Assembly (NCBI GenBank): GCA_002269645.1
Contig: NIVC01004395.1
Location: 1-47,342, forward strand
Direction: 5' to 3'
DNA: 47,342 bases
Origin: Macrostomum lignano
Taxonomy: Eukaryota
A program made the position numbers and the translations under genes. A model generated the notes under the pieces. That model searched no databases. It had not been told where the DNA came from and saw only the letters and a list, made by a program, of their open reading frames with translations. Positions 10,045 through 23,900 of this stretch are shown here, piece after piece. Position 1 is the first letter of the stretch; every line of letters begins with the position of its first letter.

Positions 10045-13000
10045 TCAGCTCTCTAACAGGTTGTTTGTTTGCAACACTCGACCAACGCCGAGCAGTCGGT
10101 GACCGCTGCGAAGCACCAGACGATCGCCCGGTCGCAGCAGTTCGGCCTGCTTGGCAAATCGCAGATGAACCTGGACTGGACTGGCCACACTGCAGTCTAT
10201 TCGCCTCTGTTGCTGTTGACGCCGTTTACTCGAATTCAAACCCGATGACGCGGATGCTGATGCTAAAAGTCCATTGCTAACAATGGCCTGTTGGCAGACA
10301 ATTCCGCACAGGATGTTCACCGGTTGATTGTGACGGAGCGGACCGCCGCTGAGACCACCACCGCCGCGCTGTCGGCAGTGCAGCGCCACCTCGGCGCTGA
10401 AGCTGAGCACAGCTGGTGGATGGCTGTTCAATGGGATTAGGAAGGCGCCCCGTCTGGCGAAACTCTCAGCTACGCGTGGCAACGAGTGCGAGCCCCAGTT
10501 TCTGCGGAGTTTAAGGTAAGATCAGGGGCGATTCTCAAGGTAAGATCAGGGGCGATTCTCAAGGTAAGATCAGGGGCGATTCTCAAGGTAAGATCAGGGG
10601 CGATTCTCAAGGTAAGATCAGGGGCGATTCTCAAGGTAAGATCAGGGGCGATTCTCAAGGTAAGATCAGGGGCGATTCTCAAGGTAAGATCAGGGGCGAT
10701 TCTCACGGTAAGATCAGGGGCGATTCTCACGGTAAGATCAGGGGCGATTATCAAGGTAAGATCAGGGGCGATTCTCACGGTAAGATCAGGGGCGATTCTC
10801 AAGGTAAGATCAGGGGCGATTCTCAAGGTAAGATCAGGGGCGATTCTCAAGGTAAGATCAGGGGCGATTCTCAAGGTAAGATCAGGGGCGATTCTCATGG
10901 TAAGATCAGGGGCGATTATCAGGGTAAGATCAGGGGCGATTCTCAAGGTAAGATCAGGGGCGATTCTCAAGGTAAGATCAGGGGCGATTCTCACGGTAAG
11001 ATCAGCGGTGATTTTCAAGGTAAGATCAGGGGCGATTCTCAAGGTAAGATCAGGGGCGACTCTCACGGTAAGATCAGGGGCGATTCTCAAGGTAATATCA
11101 GGGGCGATTCTCAAGGTAAGATCAAGGGCGATTCTCACGGTAAGATCAGGGGCGATTCTCAAGGTAAGATCAGGGGCGATTCTCAAGGTAAGATCAGGGG
11201 CGATTCTCAGGGTAAGATCAGGGGCGATTCTCAAGGTAAGATCAGGGGCGATTCTCAAGGTAAGATCAGGGGCGATTCTCAAGGTAAGATCAGGGGCGAT
11301 TCTCAAGGTAAGATCAGGGGCGATTTTCAAGGTAAGATCAGGGGCGATAATCAATGTAAGATCAGGGGCGATTCTCAAGGTAAGATCAGGGGCGATTCTC
11401 ACGGTAAGATCAGGGACGATTCTCAATGTAAGATCAGGGGCGATTCTCACGGTAAGATCAGGGGCGACTCTTAATGTAAGATCAGGGGCGATTCTCACGG
11501 TAAGATCAGGGACGATTCTCAATGTAAGATCAGGGGCGATTCTCAGGGTAAGATCAGGGGCGACTCTAAATGTAAGATCAGGGGCGATTCTCAGGGTAAG
11601 ATCAGGGGCGACTTTAAATGTAAGATCAAGGGCGATTCTCACGGTAAGATCAGGGACGATTCTCACGGTAAGATCAGGGGCGATTCTCACGGTAAGATCA
11701 GGGACGATTCTCAATGTAAGATCAGGGGCGATTCTCACGGTAAGATGGAAGGCGATACTCACGGTAAGATAGATTGAGGGCGATTCTCACCGTAAGATCA
11801 GGGGCGATTCTCACGGTAAGATCAGGAGCGATTTTCAAGGTAAGATCAGGAGCGATTTTCAAGGTAAGATCAGGGGCGATTCTCAAGGTAAGATCAGGGG
11901 CGATTCTCAAGGTAAGATCAGGGGCGATTTTCAAGGTAAGATCAGGGGCGATTCTCAAGGTAAGATCAGGGGCGATTCTCAAGGTAAGATCAGGGGCGAT
12001 TCACAAGGTAAGATCAGGGGCGATTTTCAAGGTAAGATCAGGGGCGATTCTCAAGGTAAGATCAGGGGCGATTCTCAAGGTAAGATCAGGGGCGATTATC
12101 AAGGTAAGATCAGGGGCGATTATCAATGTAAGATCAGGGGCGATTCTCAAGGTAAGATCAGGGGCGATTCTCACGGTAAGATCAGGGACGATTCTCAATG
12201 TAAGATCAGGGGCGATTCTCAGGGTAAGATCAGGGGCGACTCTAAATGTAAGATCAGGGGCGATTCTCACGGTAAGATCAGGGGCGACTCTAAATGTAAG
12301 ATCAGGGGCGATTCTCACGGTAAGATCAGGGACGATTCTCAATGTAAGATCAGGGGCGATTCTCAAGGTAAGATCAGGGGCGATTCTCAAGGTAAGATCA
12401 GGGGCGATTTTCAAGGTAAGATCAGGGGCGATTCTCAAGGTAAGATCAGGGGCGATTCTCAGGGTAAGATCAGGGGCGATTTTCAAGGTAAGATCAGGGG
12501 CGATTCTCAAGGTAAGATCAGGGACGATTCTCAAGGTAAGATCAGGGGCGATTCTCACGGTAAGATCAGGGGCGACTCTAAATGTAAGATCAGGGGCGAA
12601 TCTCACGGTAAGATAGATTGAGGGCGATTCTCACGGTAAGATAGATTGAGGGCGATTCTCACGGTAAGATCAGGGACGATTCTCACGGTAAGATCAGGGG
12701 CGATTCTCACGGTAAGATCAGGGGCGATTCTCAAGGTAAGATCAGGGGCGATTCTCAAGGTAAGATCAGGGGCGATTCTCAAGGTAAGATCAGGGGCGAT
12801 TTTCAAGGTAAGATCAGGGGCGATTATCAATGTAAGATCAGGGGCGATTCTCAAGGTAAGATCAGGGGCGATTCTCACGGTAAGATCAGGGACGATTCTC
12901 AGGGTAAGATCAGGGGCGACTCTAAATGTAAGATCAGGGGCGATTCTCACGGTAAGATCAGGGGCGATTCTCAGGGTAAGATCAGGGGCGACTCTAAATG

Positions 13001-16000
13001 TAAGATCAGGGGCGATTCTCACGGTAAGATCAGGGACGATTCTCAATGTAAGATCAGGGGCGATTCTCAGGGTAAGATCAGGGGCGACTCTAAATGTAAG
13101 AACAGGGGCGATTCTCAGGGTAAGATCAGGGGCGACTCTAAATGTAAGATCAAGGGCGATTCTCACGGTAAGATCAGGGACGATTCTCACGGTAAGATCA
13201 GGGACGATTCTCAATGTAAGATCAGGGGCGATTCTCACGGTAAGATGGAAGGCGATTCTCACGGTAAGATTGGGGAGGCGATTCTCACGGTAGATTAGGG
13301 CGATTTTCTAAGCCACTTACCTGTCCTCCAGCTGCAGACAGACAGTCACAGATGCCCAATGCCCGGCCTGCACCGCGCCGCAGGGCAGCCGATTCCGATT
13401 TAGTCCGGTAATCCGCACCGTAACAAAGACCCCGTCAACTCCGGGCCCAAGCTTAAGCAGTTCGCCCTCTCGAAGCTGGCCGTTCAACACCGGACCAGAC
13501 AGAACGTAGCTGAACTTGCCAGAGCCGCACAGCGACGCCACGCTGTCAACGCAGAATTCCTGAGCAAATCTTTGCTGCTGCTGCTGCTGTTGAAGATGCC
13601 TCGAACCGAGGCCGACTCGAGACTGCGGATTCGTTGGAGCAACGTTGAGAAATTCAGTCAGCAGCGACAAGCCGGAGCCTGTGACGCAGGACAGCGGAAA
13701 CACCGGAGTGACACTGCCGCCAGCTTGGAAAATATTGTCTGCAGCTGTGATTGCGTCATCCTTGGTCTGCACTATCAGGGGTACTCGCTTGTTGCCTGTA
13801 GCTTTTAGCCAGGCCTCAACTGAGGCCAGCACTGGCCCGTGATCGCACAGATCGATCTTAGTGATCACCACTATGAAGGGCACCTGTAGGAGAGAGAGGT
13901 GTCGGGTTTAGTATAGGTTTGATCCTCACCTGTAGCTTAATCCCCTAATCCTCACCTGCAGCTTAATCCCCTAATCCTCACCTGTAGCTTAATCTCCTAA
14001 TCCTCACCTGTAGCTTAATCCCCTAATCTTCACTTGTAGCTGAATTGGCTAATTCTCACCTGTAGCTTAATCCCCTAATCATCATCTGTAGCTGAATTGG
14101 CTAATCCTCACCTGTATCTTAATCCCCTAATCCTCACCTGTAGCTTAATCCCGTAATAATCACCTGTAGCATAAACCCCTAATCCTCACCTGTATCTTAA
14201 TCCCCTAATTTTCACCTGTAGCTTAATCCCCTAATTCTCACCTGTAGCTTAATCTCGTAATCCTTACCTGTAGCTTAATCCCGCAATTCTCACCTGTAGC
14301 TTAATCCCCTAATCCTCACTTGTAGCTTAATCTCGTAATCCTTACCTGTAGCTTAATCCCGTAATCCTCACCTGTAGCTTAATCCCCTAATCCTCACCTG
14401 TAGCTTAATCCCCTAATCCTCACCTGTAGCTTAATCCCCTAATCCTCACCTGTAGCATAAACCCCTAATCCTCACCTGTATCTTAATCCCCTAATTCTCA
14501 CCTGTAGCTTAATCCCCTAATCCTCACCTGTAGCTTAATCTCGTAATCCTTACCTGTAGCTTAATTCCGTAATCCTCACCTGTAGCTTAATCCCCTAATC
14601 CTCACCTGTAGCTAAACAATTGTAGCTAATCCTTATCATGTAAGAATCACCCGTAAGATAACAGCTAATCCAGTCAGATACATACCAAAAACTTAAGCCC
14701 TCATCACCTGCAATCCAACCGCAAGTGCCGCATGCTCCTGAGCCATATCCGTCAGTCCAGTCACGGAAGACACAACCAGCATCACCAGATGCGGATCGTG
14801 AGCAATAAGGCCTCGTAGTGTAGTCTTCTGATACCTGATATGGCCTGCTAGATCAATTAGCCTATACAGTTTGCTACTCTCGTCAAGTATATCCTCAACG
14901 CACCTGTTGCCGCTATAATTAATCAGATTTCCGCGAGCATCAAAGCCGAGAATTTCTGAGCTTACGCTCGACGTATAGCCGGTTTGAATTTCATGCGGAT
15001 GACGAAATAAATTTAATCTGGCTCTGCCCCGGCCATTGTCCAAATCGCCTTGGGTTAGCACGCCTAACAACGTGGATTTTCCGGCGTCTAAATTACCAAG
15101 TACTGCTAAACGACTTTCTACTAATTCTATGTTGTCGTTTGGCAATCTGCGGATCAGAATCTCTTGTGCTTTGCGCGTTCCGTTGTCAATCTGGAGGATG
15201 AGAGTGAGGTGAAGATAGTTGACCTCAGCTAATCTCAACCTTGAGTATCATGGACTGAGTTGACCTCAGCTAATCTCAACCTTGAGTATCATGGACTGAG
15301 TTGACCTCAGCTAACCTCCACCTCGAGTATCATGGACTGAGTTGACCTCAGCTAATCCCAAATCTCAACCTTGAGTATCATGGATTGAGGTTGACCTTAG
15401 CTAATCTCAAATCTCAGCCTTAAGTATCATGGACTGAGTTGACCTCAGCTAACCTCAACCTTGAGTATCATGGATTGAGGTTGACCTCAGCTAATCTCAA
15501 CCTTGAGTATCATGGACTGAGTTGACCTCAGCTAATCTGAAACTTGAGTATCATGGACTGAGTTGACCTCAGCTAATCTGAAACTTGAGTATCATGGATT
15601 GAGGTTGACCTCAGCTAATCTCAACCTTGAGTATCATGGACTGAGTTGACCTCAGCTAATCTGAAACTTGAGTATCATGGACTGAGTTGACCTCAGCTAA
15701 TCTAAAACTTGAGTATCATGGATTGAGGTTGACCTCAGCTAATCTCAGCCTTAAGTATCATGGACTGAGTTGACCTCAGCTAACCTCAACCTTGAGTATC
15801 ATGGATTGAGGTTTACCTCAGCTAATCTCAACCTTGAGTATCATGGACTGAGTTGACCAGCTACCTACCTAGACCTTAAGTATCACTGAGAATTGACTTC
15901 AGTCACATGCATCTCTTGAATAACACTCACCTGTCGTTCACGCAGAATAGTATATTTAGCATTAAGTCGGCGACACATTGCATCTAAAGTGCGCAGACTC

Positions 16001-16512
16001 TCATTTAGCTCCATCTTGGTGAGCCCTAGCACCACCCCATTATCTTCAACGCCCAATTCGTAGACAGCTTGGCCTTGACCCTCCGCTAATCGCCATTTCA
16101 ACTGCGTAACCAGATGCTCCAATCGCGAGGTGGTCGGTTTAACAAGCTTCAATTTGTATTCAATGTTGCCTTCATCATTCTCTGGCGGCAGACTGGATGG
16201 CAACAATTCGCCGCAACTTTTGCTACAGTGCATCGTCTGAGATCTTGTTAAGTTGCTGCTGTGAACGCGATCGTCTTCTTCTGTATTATAAGAACTTTTA
16301 CTGTTCCGTTTTAACCGACGCCGTTCAGCTCTGGCTGATTGTCGGCGCTGGGGTTTGAAGCAGTCTGCAGACTGGTTAGAAATCTCTACACTGGCTGTGG
16401 TAGCACTTTTATATCCGCTATAAGAGGCTGGTGTAAGACTCTGACAGTCTGTATCGCTATCGTTGTCTCCATCGCCAAAGAAAGTTACTAGACACCTGTC
16501 CATTGATGCCAT
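10045..16512 (-). CDS. GTPBP2: GTP-binding protein 2 (translational GTPase); exons 16512-15931, 15190-14708, 13883-13321, 10501-10045; about 694 aa
   Basis: LPPENDEGNIEYKLKL, GNLDAGKSTLLGVLTQGDLDNGRGRARLNLFRHPHEIQ, IDLAGH, ITKID and C-terminal FAKQAELLRPGDRLVLR match GTPBP2. All introns are GT-AG with consistent phases (0,0,2). Confidence 0.95.
10511..13310. repeat. 24-bp minisatellite, roughly 115 copies, filling GTPBP2 intron 3
   Basis: Unit aaggtaagatcaggggcgattctc; intron spans 10502-13320. Confidence 0.97.
13925..14612. repeat. 26-bp minisatellite, about 26 copies, in GTPBP2 intron 2
   Basis: Unit ctcacctgtagcttaatcccctaatc; gene-sense strand reads ...gctaCAG|GTGAGgatt... Confidence 0.95.
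15218..15860. repeat. 41-bp minisatellite, about 15 copies, in GTPBP2 intron 1
   Basis: Unit gttgacctcagctaatctcaaccttgagtatcatggactga. Confidence 0.95.
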
Positions 16513-16797
16513 TGCATTGGGTTAAGCTCTGATGATCAATGCCTACCTAAGTAAATTCCTTAAAATCTGCAAATGCAAAACAGTATGGTGATGCATTATA
16601 AAGTAATGCATGTTCCAGGTAAATTGAAGTTTGTAGTCTAGCAATATTTATTCCTAATTTGGGCTTGGATGTAGACTAAAAACATTTATTTAGAGTTTCA
16701 TACAAAAAATGCAACTTAGATGATTCAAATTGCAATTTACTTGATCATTGCCTCTTCTGTTTATGTTTCCTTTCTTCTAATTTTGTTTTTCTTTTCT

Positions 16798-17440
16798 ATC
16801 ATGTCTTGCTTTTTGTAGCAATTGATTGTGCAACTTACCTTGGCTCTTTAGTAATATAGATTGGCTGGATTAGACAGGTATTTCACATGTATACATACCT
16901 TGCCTTAGTCTAGGCAATGGCCATTTTAGTGCTTTTGGCCCTATAATTTGCAATGTTATTTGGCACATTATTGGACATGATTGCTCAACTAGAATGCTAC
17001 TCTAAGGATAGACCTAGGGATAGACCTATTGCTATTCTATACACTAATTGAGTAAAACAAGTATAGTACTAGTAGGGCAATCATTAACAATTGTAAATCA
17101 TTAATAATGGGCAACATACATTTGGGTGATCGTAAACCAAAGGTGAAATATAAGGTCCTACAACAATCTTACTATCTTTTGAAATAAACAAAGTCAGTTC
17201 ACCAACATTTGATTTAATTTCATTGGAAACTATGGATTTTATGTCTTACAACTATTTTTTGTGGTGATTGACACTGTTTAAGATGATCGTCATTGTTTGG
17301 GATGATCATAAACCAAAGTAATGCCCAATTAGCCAATTAAATTCCAATTGGAATCAGCTAATATATCATGTCTTGCTTTTTGTAATGATTATGCAACTTA
17401 TCTTGGCTAGTGGCCTCTTTAGTAATTTAGAAGATTGGCT
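16798..17440 (+). repeat. Diverged ~70-bp direct repeat pair (about 16798-16868 and 17365-17440)
   Basis: atcatgtcttgctttttgta...tgcaactta.cttggct...ctttagtaat.tag..attggct at both sites. Confidence 0.6.
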
Positions 17441-17885
17441 AGAAATAAATATGTTTCTATAGTCTACCTTGTAAATATCACAATTTTTATGGCAAAGGCT
17501 ATTTTCTCAACTATAAATAAAAGTAATATATAAAACAAGAAAAAACTGGCATATACTAAGCCTAGCCTTAATGATATATTATAAGCATAATCCTAAGGTA
17601 TAATATTGAGATTAGATTAGAAATTAGAACCCAACTTGAAATATAGGCCTAATCATAATCTAATTTTCAAATAGGCCTTGGCTTGAAAACAACCATTGTT
17701 AAAATGAAAAATATATAATTAGGCATTAGGCCTATAATATAGTATCATTGGCATTGGCATGCTATAAAATAAGGCCTATGCCCTATAGATAGTTTTAGCT
17801 AGGGGCCTATATATCTGAAATCTGAAAATCTGAAACTGAATCTAAAAATAGGTCTAGGACTCTAGCTAGACCAAGGCCCTATGCC

Positions 17886-18227
17886 TAGGGTTTTTTTGTG
17901 CGCAGAGTGTGTGTATGCACCCTAAATTTAAAAATTGCACCCTGAAATTAAAAAAGTAGGTGTGGTTTAGGTGTAGTCTTATAACCATTTTTCTTTAAAG
18001 GCTTAACCATGCTTAAGCTATTTTTCATGCACTGCCTTAAAATATGAAACAGACAAGAGGTCAAGGCATTCTTTGTACAAATATGTATAGACATAAGACA
18101 TGTCTATATATTCCCAGTTGTCTGAAACAAGACTCAAGAGAAATTGCACTCTGAGCCTTAAAATCGCACCTTGAAATTTGGCACAAGGTGCAATTTTGCA
18201 CCTTGTCTCCGGCGAAAAAAAACCCAG
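17886..18227. mobile_element. hAT-like MITE
   Basis: TIRs TAGGGTTTTTTT..GCGCAGAG / TCTCCGGCGAAAAAAAACCCAG. 8-bp TSD cctatgcc/cctatacc (1 mismatch). Subterminal gcacc(t/c)t motifs. Confidence 0.65.
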
Positions 18228-19729
18228 CCTATACCTTAGCCTTAGTTATGGCTATACGACTATAAAACAGATTTATAGGTCTGATCATAATAATTATACT
18301 TATAAATACTGTGTATTATTATTATTATTATACCAAATGAACTTGTAAAGTTCCTTGACCTTCTAATAGTCCTGCTTCATTTTATGACTGTTATACTTAT
18401 AAATAGGGCTACTGCAGTACTGGGCTACATAGGTCTACCAATTTTCTTTTGTCTTTGAAAAAACAAAAAACTACTGGGCCTAGGCCCCAGTCTACTTTTG
18501 TTGTGATAGATATTGACGAATTATCGATGATATTGACAGATGTGGTTAAATTAATTAAAATGATATTCCTGCAAATTATAGTCAGAGAAAATAAATCATT
18601 TATCTGTTAGGATACCTGAGGTAATGGCTGTGGAGGCTTTACTAGGTCTAGCTTGTGAGATGTATCTATAAAGACAGTGTACCAGGCCTTTGCTAAGACT
18701 GCTAGGCCTAGCCTAGCCTAGAGCCTATGCCTAATATAAAGTTGACAACGTAAGCATTAGATTTTTCGTGCTATTGACGAAATATTTTGCAAATAGAAAT
18801 AAAAAACAGTACCATTTTTAAATATTTTTTATTGTAAAAAATACGCATGTTCAATTAATAAAAGAATTGAAGAACTTTAACGTGCGACTGCTTTCTTTTT
18901 TGTTATTATGAATTAAAACATCTGGGAACCCTACAATTTTAATATTTCATTTTTCTAGAATGTTTAAATGATGAATGGAATTTCGCCGCTAACTACATAA
19001 TAAAACATAAAACGTTATATGAGAGTGTGGTTGATGTGGTTGAAACTGATGGATCTTTTTAATAAAGCCTACTTAACTTAGGAGGCACTAAAATATCTTC
19101 CATTGGTTGTAAAAATAGCCATTTTCTTTTTGCTTATGCGTTATGGTGTCAATGGTGACTGTAGAAATAACAGTTTCGCTATTTATGCAATCACATTGAG
19201 TAAATTAATTAAGCCCAAATAGAATTTGTTAATATGTTGACTGTAAAAACTGTTTAACTAGTTTTCTTCTTGGTCATTGTCATTTTAATATAACAATAAC
19301 AACTGCCTTATCATTTAGGGACAGGGTCAGATGGATAATACAATATTAAAGACAAGCAAGGGGCCCAACCAGCCAAGTATAGCCAAGTGATAGGCTAAGT
19401 CCATAGTGTGTAGGGCCTAATAAGTAGTGGCTAATGTTCCATCTCCTAATGCAATCATTTTTTGTCTTGAAATTTACATTAGTCATTTTTTAATTTAAAT
19501 ATTAGGCCCTAGCTATAGATAGTATTTTGAAATCTTATAATGAAATAAGAGGCTTATAATAATGAAATATCAAAGTATATTTGATATTGCTTCTATTTAA
19601 CTTTAGATATTTGATTAAATATCTTCAATTAAACATGAAGTTTTGCTTTTAAAGGATAAAGATCATTAACAAGAGGTCCTAATTAATATTTAAAAGAAAT
19701 GCAAAATACCCATTTCCAATTATGGAGAG

Positions 19730-20130
19730 AGTAGAGAATAAAAAAGAAAAGAGATAAAAGAAACGAGATAGAGATGGAAAATAGAGAAGAAATAAGATAG
19801 ATGAGAGAGCAAAGAAGAAAAAAGATAAGATAATAGATAAGATAAGAAGAGGTGAGAAAGGAAAGATAAATCAGAAAAGAAAGGAGAGAAAAAAGAAGAG
19901 AGGAAATAGAAAAGAGGAGAGGTAAGAAGATGAGATAAGAGAGAAGATAAGAGTGAGGCAAAGGGAAAGGGAAGATAGACCTATAAGAGAAAAAAAGGAA
20001 AGATAAGAAAATAGAAAGGAGAAAAAGGAAAAGAGGAAAGAATAGATAAAATAAAAAAGGGAGAAGAAGATATGAGAGAGGAAAGAGGAAACAGAAGAAA
20101 GAATAAAAAGAGAAAAGAGAAGAGAAAGCT
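19730..20130 (+). repeat. Purine-rich (A/G) low-complexity tract
   Basis: Almost exclusively A and G over about 400 bp. Confidence 0.9.
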
Positions 20131-20987
20131 TTTATTAATTGCTGCATTTGGTACAAATATAGCTTTCTATAACTTTTTCTTATGTAGGAGCTCAAGGCTA
20201 AAGTTTATCTAAACCTGTTGCACAGATTTTCCGGTATTGACTTGTCTATCAAAGGCCTATTCTATTCCTTATGAATCATATGAGTATGGCTTTAGATTTA
20301 GGTAGGCCCTCTATATATGAAAAAAATTATTCCAAGGATTTAAATTCAGTAGGCTCAAAATTCATAAGTTTTTGATAGCTTTTAGTAAATGTACATAGCA
20401 AAATATGTTGGTTGGTTGGTTTAAACTAATCCAAATCAAACCAAAATCAGGCATACCTAGGTTAGACATTCATAAAGTAACCAAGTTCTATAGTTATTGA
20501 TTACCTATTATGCTAGAAGCATGCTATGCTAGTAACCTAATATATGTACAGTTGTCTAGTAATAGATAGGAACAAAATGGTTTTGAACTGTGAATTGTTA
20601 AGGCTTCTTATATCAAATTATATTAAGCTTTGTTTAAAGGTACAGCATGTATAATAACCAATAAGACAAAGTATCTGAATACTTACCAACTTTTGGTTCT
20701 ATATAGGAAGTCTATAAGAATGAATTTTTTTCATTGAATTTTTTTAATATTATCTCTATTTCTTTATAAGCATTTCTTAACTTGACTTTTAATTGTTAAT
20801 TAATTAACCTGCTAAAAAACCTCATCATCATGCATACTGTAACTCACTGTAATCAAAGCTTATTTGGACAATACTACTTAAAGTACAACATTTAGTAGTA
20901 TATAAGAGTAAGTATTTTCAGATAATTGTAGATATTCATGCTACTTTTAGTAATATGAAATGCTGTTGATATTTACAAACCTCAGAA

Positions 20988-23900
20988 ATGGCTCACACAA
21001 TGGCCAATAGCAACAAAGACAACAGTGGCAGCAATGAAAATGTGTTCAAAGATCTCAATATGACTCCAGAGGAGATTAACAGATTTACTGAAGCCTTTAA
21101 AAAAGAAGAATTTCGCAAACTGTTCCAAGAGTATGTTGAGGAACTGCAGAATCCGGAGCAGAGAGCCCTCTATGAGAAGGAGATTGCTCAACTAGAAGAG
21201 GAGCGAGGCATGGATGTTGAGTTCATTCATCCAACTCCTGGTCACGTTCTGAAGCTGAAGGATGCCAGTGGAAAAAAGGTTAGGATTTGTTTGTTACTTA
21301 ACAGATACTACACACTACAGGTAGATAGAAGTGTAGGATAGATTTCCGTAGCCTTACGAACTTCTTAGACTCAGATTGCATGGAGTTCCGGGCATCTGTA
21401 CATAGCAGGATGGCCATTACGCTTTCGCCCATAGAGTCCAGGAGGTGGATGGTCGCTCGCCCAGTAGTCTCTAGGGTAGCGGACGAGCTGGCAGAGATTC
21501 TCGGGCCTGAAAACATCAGAGAGGTCCGGGTTTGCCTGTCCTGAGCCTGTCCGCCCAGCTGGCACCGCGTTACCCTATTTAAGACTATCAAATGCGTCTT
21601 GTTTTCTGCACCAACAGGTGTTCATCAACATCTGTACAAACGACAAGATCCAAGTGGCCACTATGCAGCGCACCGAACAGAATGGCAAAGTCGGCGGCAA
21701 TTGGTCCATACCGCATAGCTTTGCACCGCCAAGAGAGGACACGGACAAGTCTAAGCAAACTTGCCTAGTGATTGACACCGTATTCCATCCGGACACCTAT
21801 CTCATGGCGTCACGTAATGCCCAGTTCAAGAAGATGATTGAAGACACGGCTGTTCAAGGAGCTGAAAGAAATTTTCAAATAAAATTCGCTAACGGAGGCT
21901 CTGCGAAACGACCGAAAATGACGTTTAAGGTTAGATGTTAGAGAGTTGCTTATTTATTGCTGCGTCTGTCGCTATTGGCTAAGGAGCAGTCACGTGACGA
22001 ACTGTTTCGTCCAATAGCGACGCTTCTAGAAATGGTCGGTAGCCAATCAGAATGTTTTTGGCAATGATAGAATGGAGATTCTTTGCTTTGCTTGTATTTT
22101 TTTATTATATGTATTTTAAAATTAGTAAATTTCTTTTAATTTTACGTCTAGTTAGAAAGTGTAAATCCGGAAAACTGTACACGTTAAAACAAACGTATCG
22201 TTTTTAATTTACACTATCGAGCTTTACGAGTATTACCGAATCAGCGACCCAGAGAAAATTTTACTACTTAGTAAAAAGTAGTACATTGTTTTTTGTTACA
22301 TAGCAGATCTTCAAGGAATAAAAAATTTAATTTTTTTCACCAAAAATACCGTAAAAACACTAAAACATGTATTTAAACACACTTCGGCAGATACTTGAAC
22401 ACACCAACACAGATACTTAAACACACCAACACAGATATTTAAACACACCAACACAGATACTTAAACACACCAACACAGATATTTAAACACACCAACACAG
22501 ATACTTAAACACACTTCGGCAGATACTTAAACACACCAACACAGATACTTAAACACACTTTAGCAGATACTTAAACACACTTCAGCAGATACTTAAACAC
22601 ACTTCAGCAGATACTTAAACACACTTCAGCAGATACTTAAACACACTTCAGCAGATACTTAAACACACTTCAGCAGATACTTAAACACACTTCAGCAGAT
22701 ACTTAAACACACTTCAGCAGATACTTAAACACACTTCAGCAGATACTTAAACACACTTCAGCAGATATTTAAACAAACTTTGGCAGATACTTAAACACAC
22801 TTTGGCAGATACTTAAACACCAAAAACTCCTTAATCCTAATCCAGGGACTGCCCCAGGCCACTGTAATCCGCCGCAAGCGGCCAGATTACGAGGACAAGC
22901 AGGCCCAGCTGGAGACTGAGCCGCCAAATCCGTTTGTTCAACACTATAACAATACCCAATCTGGCGAAACTCCCACTGCCGAAGGTCGCGAGTTCGATCT
23001 CCAGGATCGCGCCGCCGAAGGCGACAACGAATCGTCGCCGTCGACTAAAAATTCGCCGAAGCAGCCGAAATACGAGATTAAATACTCTTATCAAAGCGAT
23101 TTCGGCGATTTCGCCTACGAAAGTCCGTCGGATGGGTCTCATACTACTGCGCTTGCTGGCAGTAGTCAGAGCTGCCCGCATAGTGTGCAAATTGTTGTGG
23201 AACTGCCTGGTAAGCTTTTTTTGCGTAGCTTTGTCTCATAGCTTTAAACCTTCTAGTCCCATCACCCCACAGTCCCATTACCCCGTAGTCCCATCACCCC
23301 ACAGTCCCATTACCCCGTAGTCCCATCACCCCACAGTCCCATTACCCCGTAGTCCCATCACCCCACAGTCCCATCACCACCTAGTCCCATCACCCCACAG
23401 TCCCATCACCCCACAATCCCATCACCCCACAGTCCCATCACCCCACAGTCCCATCACCACCTAGTCCCATCACCCCACAGTCCCATCACCACACAGTCCC
23501 ATCACCCCACAGTCCCATCACCCACAGTCCCATCACCACACAGTCCCATCACCCCACAGTCCCATCACCCCACAGTCCCATCACCCACAGTCCCATCACC
23601 CCACAGTCCCATCACCACCTAGTCCCATCACCCCACAGTCCCATCACCCCACAGTCCCATCACCCCGTAGTCCCATCACCCCACAGTCTCATCACCCCAC
23701 AGTCCCATCACCCACAGTCCCATCACCACACAGTCCTATCACCCCGTAGTCCCATCACCCCATAGTCACATCACCCTACAGTCCCATCACCCCGTAGTCC
23801 CATCACCCCACAGTCCCATTACCCCGTAGTCCCATCACCCCACAGTCCCATTACCCCGTAGTCCCATCACCCCACAGTCCCATTACCCCGTAGTCCCATC

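Noticed and set aside
10470-13293. Long ORFs of (VRSGAILK)n and (IAPDLTLR)n on both strands
   Set aside because: By-products of a stop-free 24-bp repeat lying inside a GT-AG intron of GTPBP2
19683-20195. 170-aa hydrophobic ORF
   Set aside because: Reverse translation of an A/G low-complexity tract
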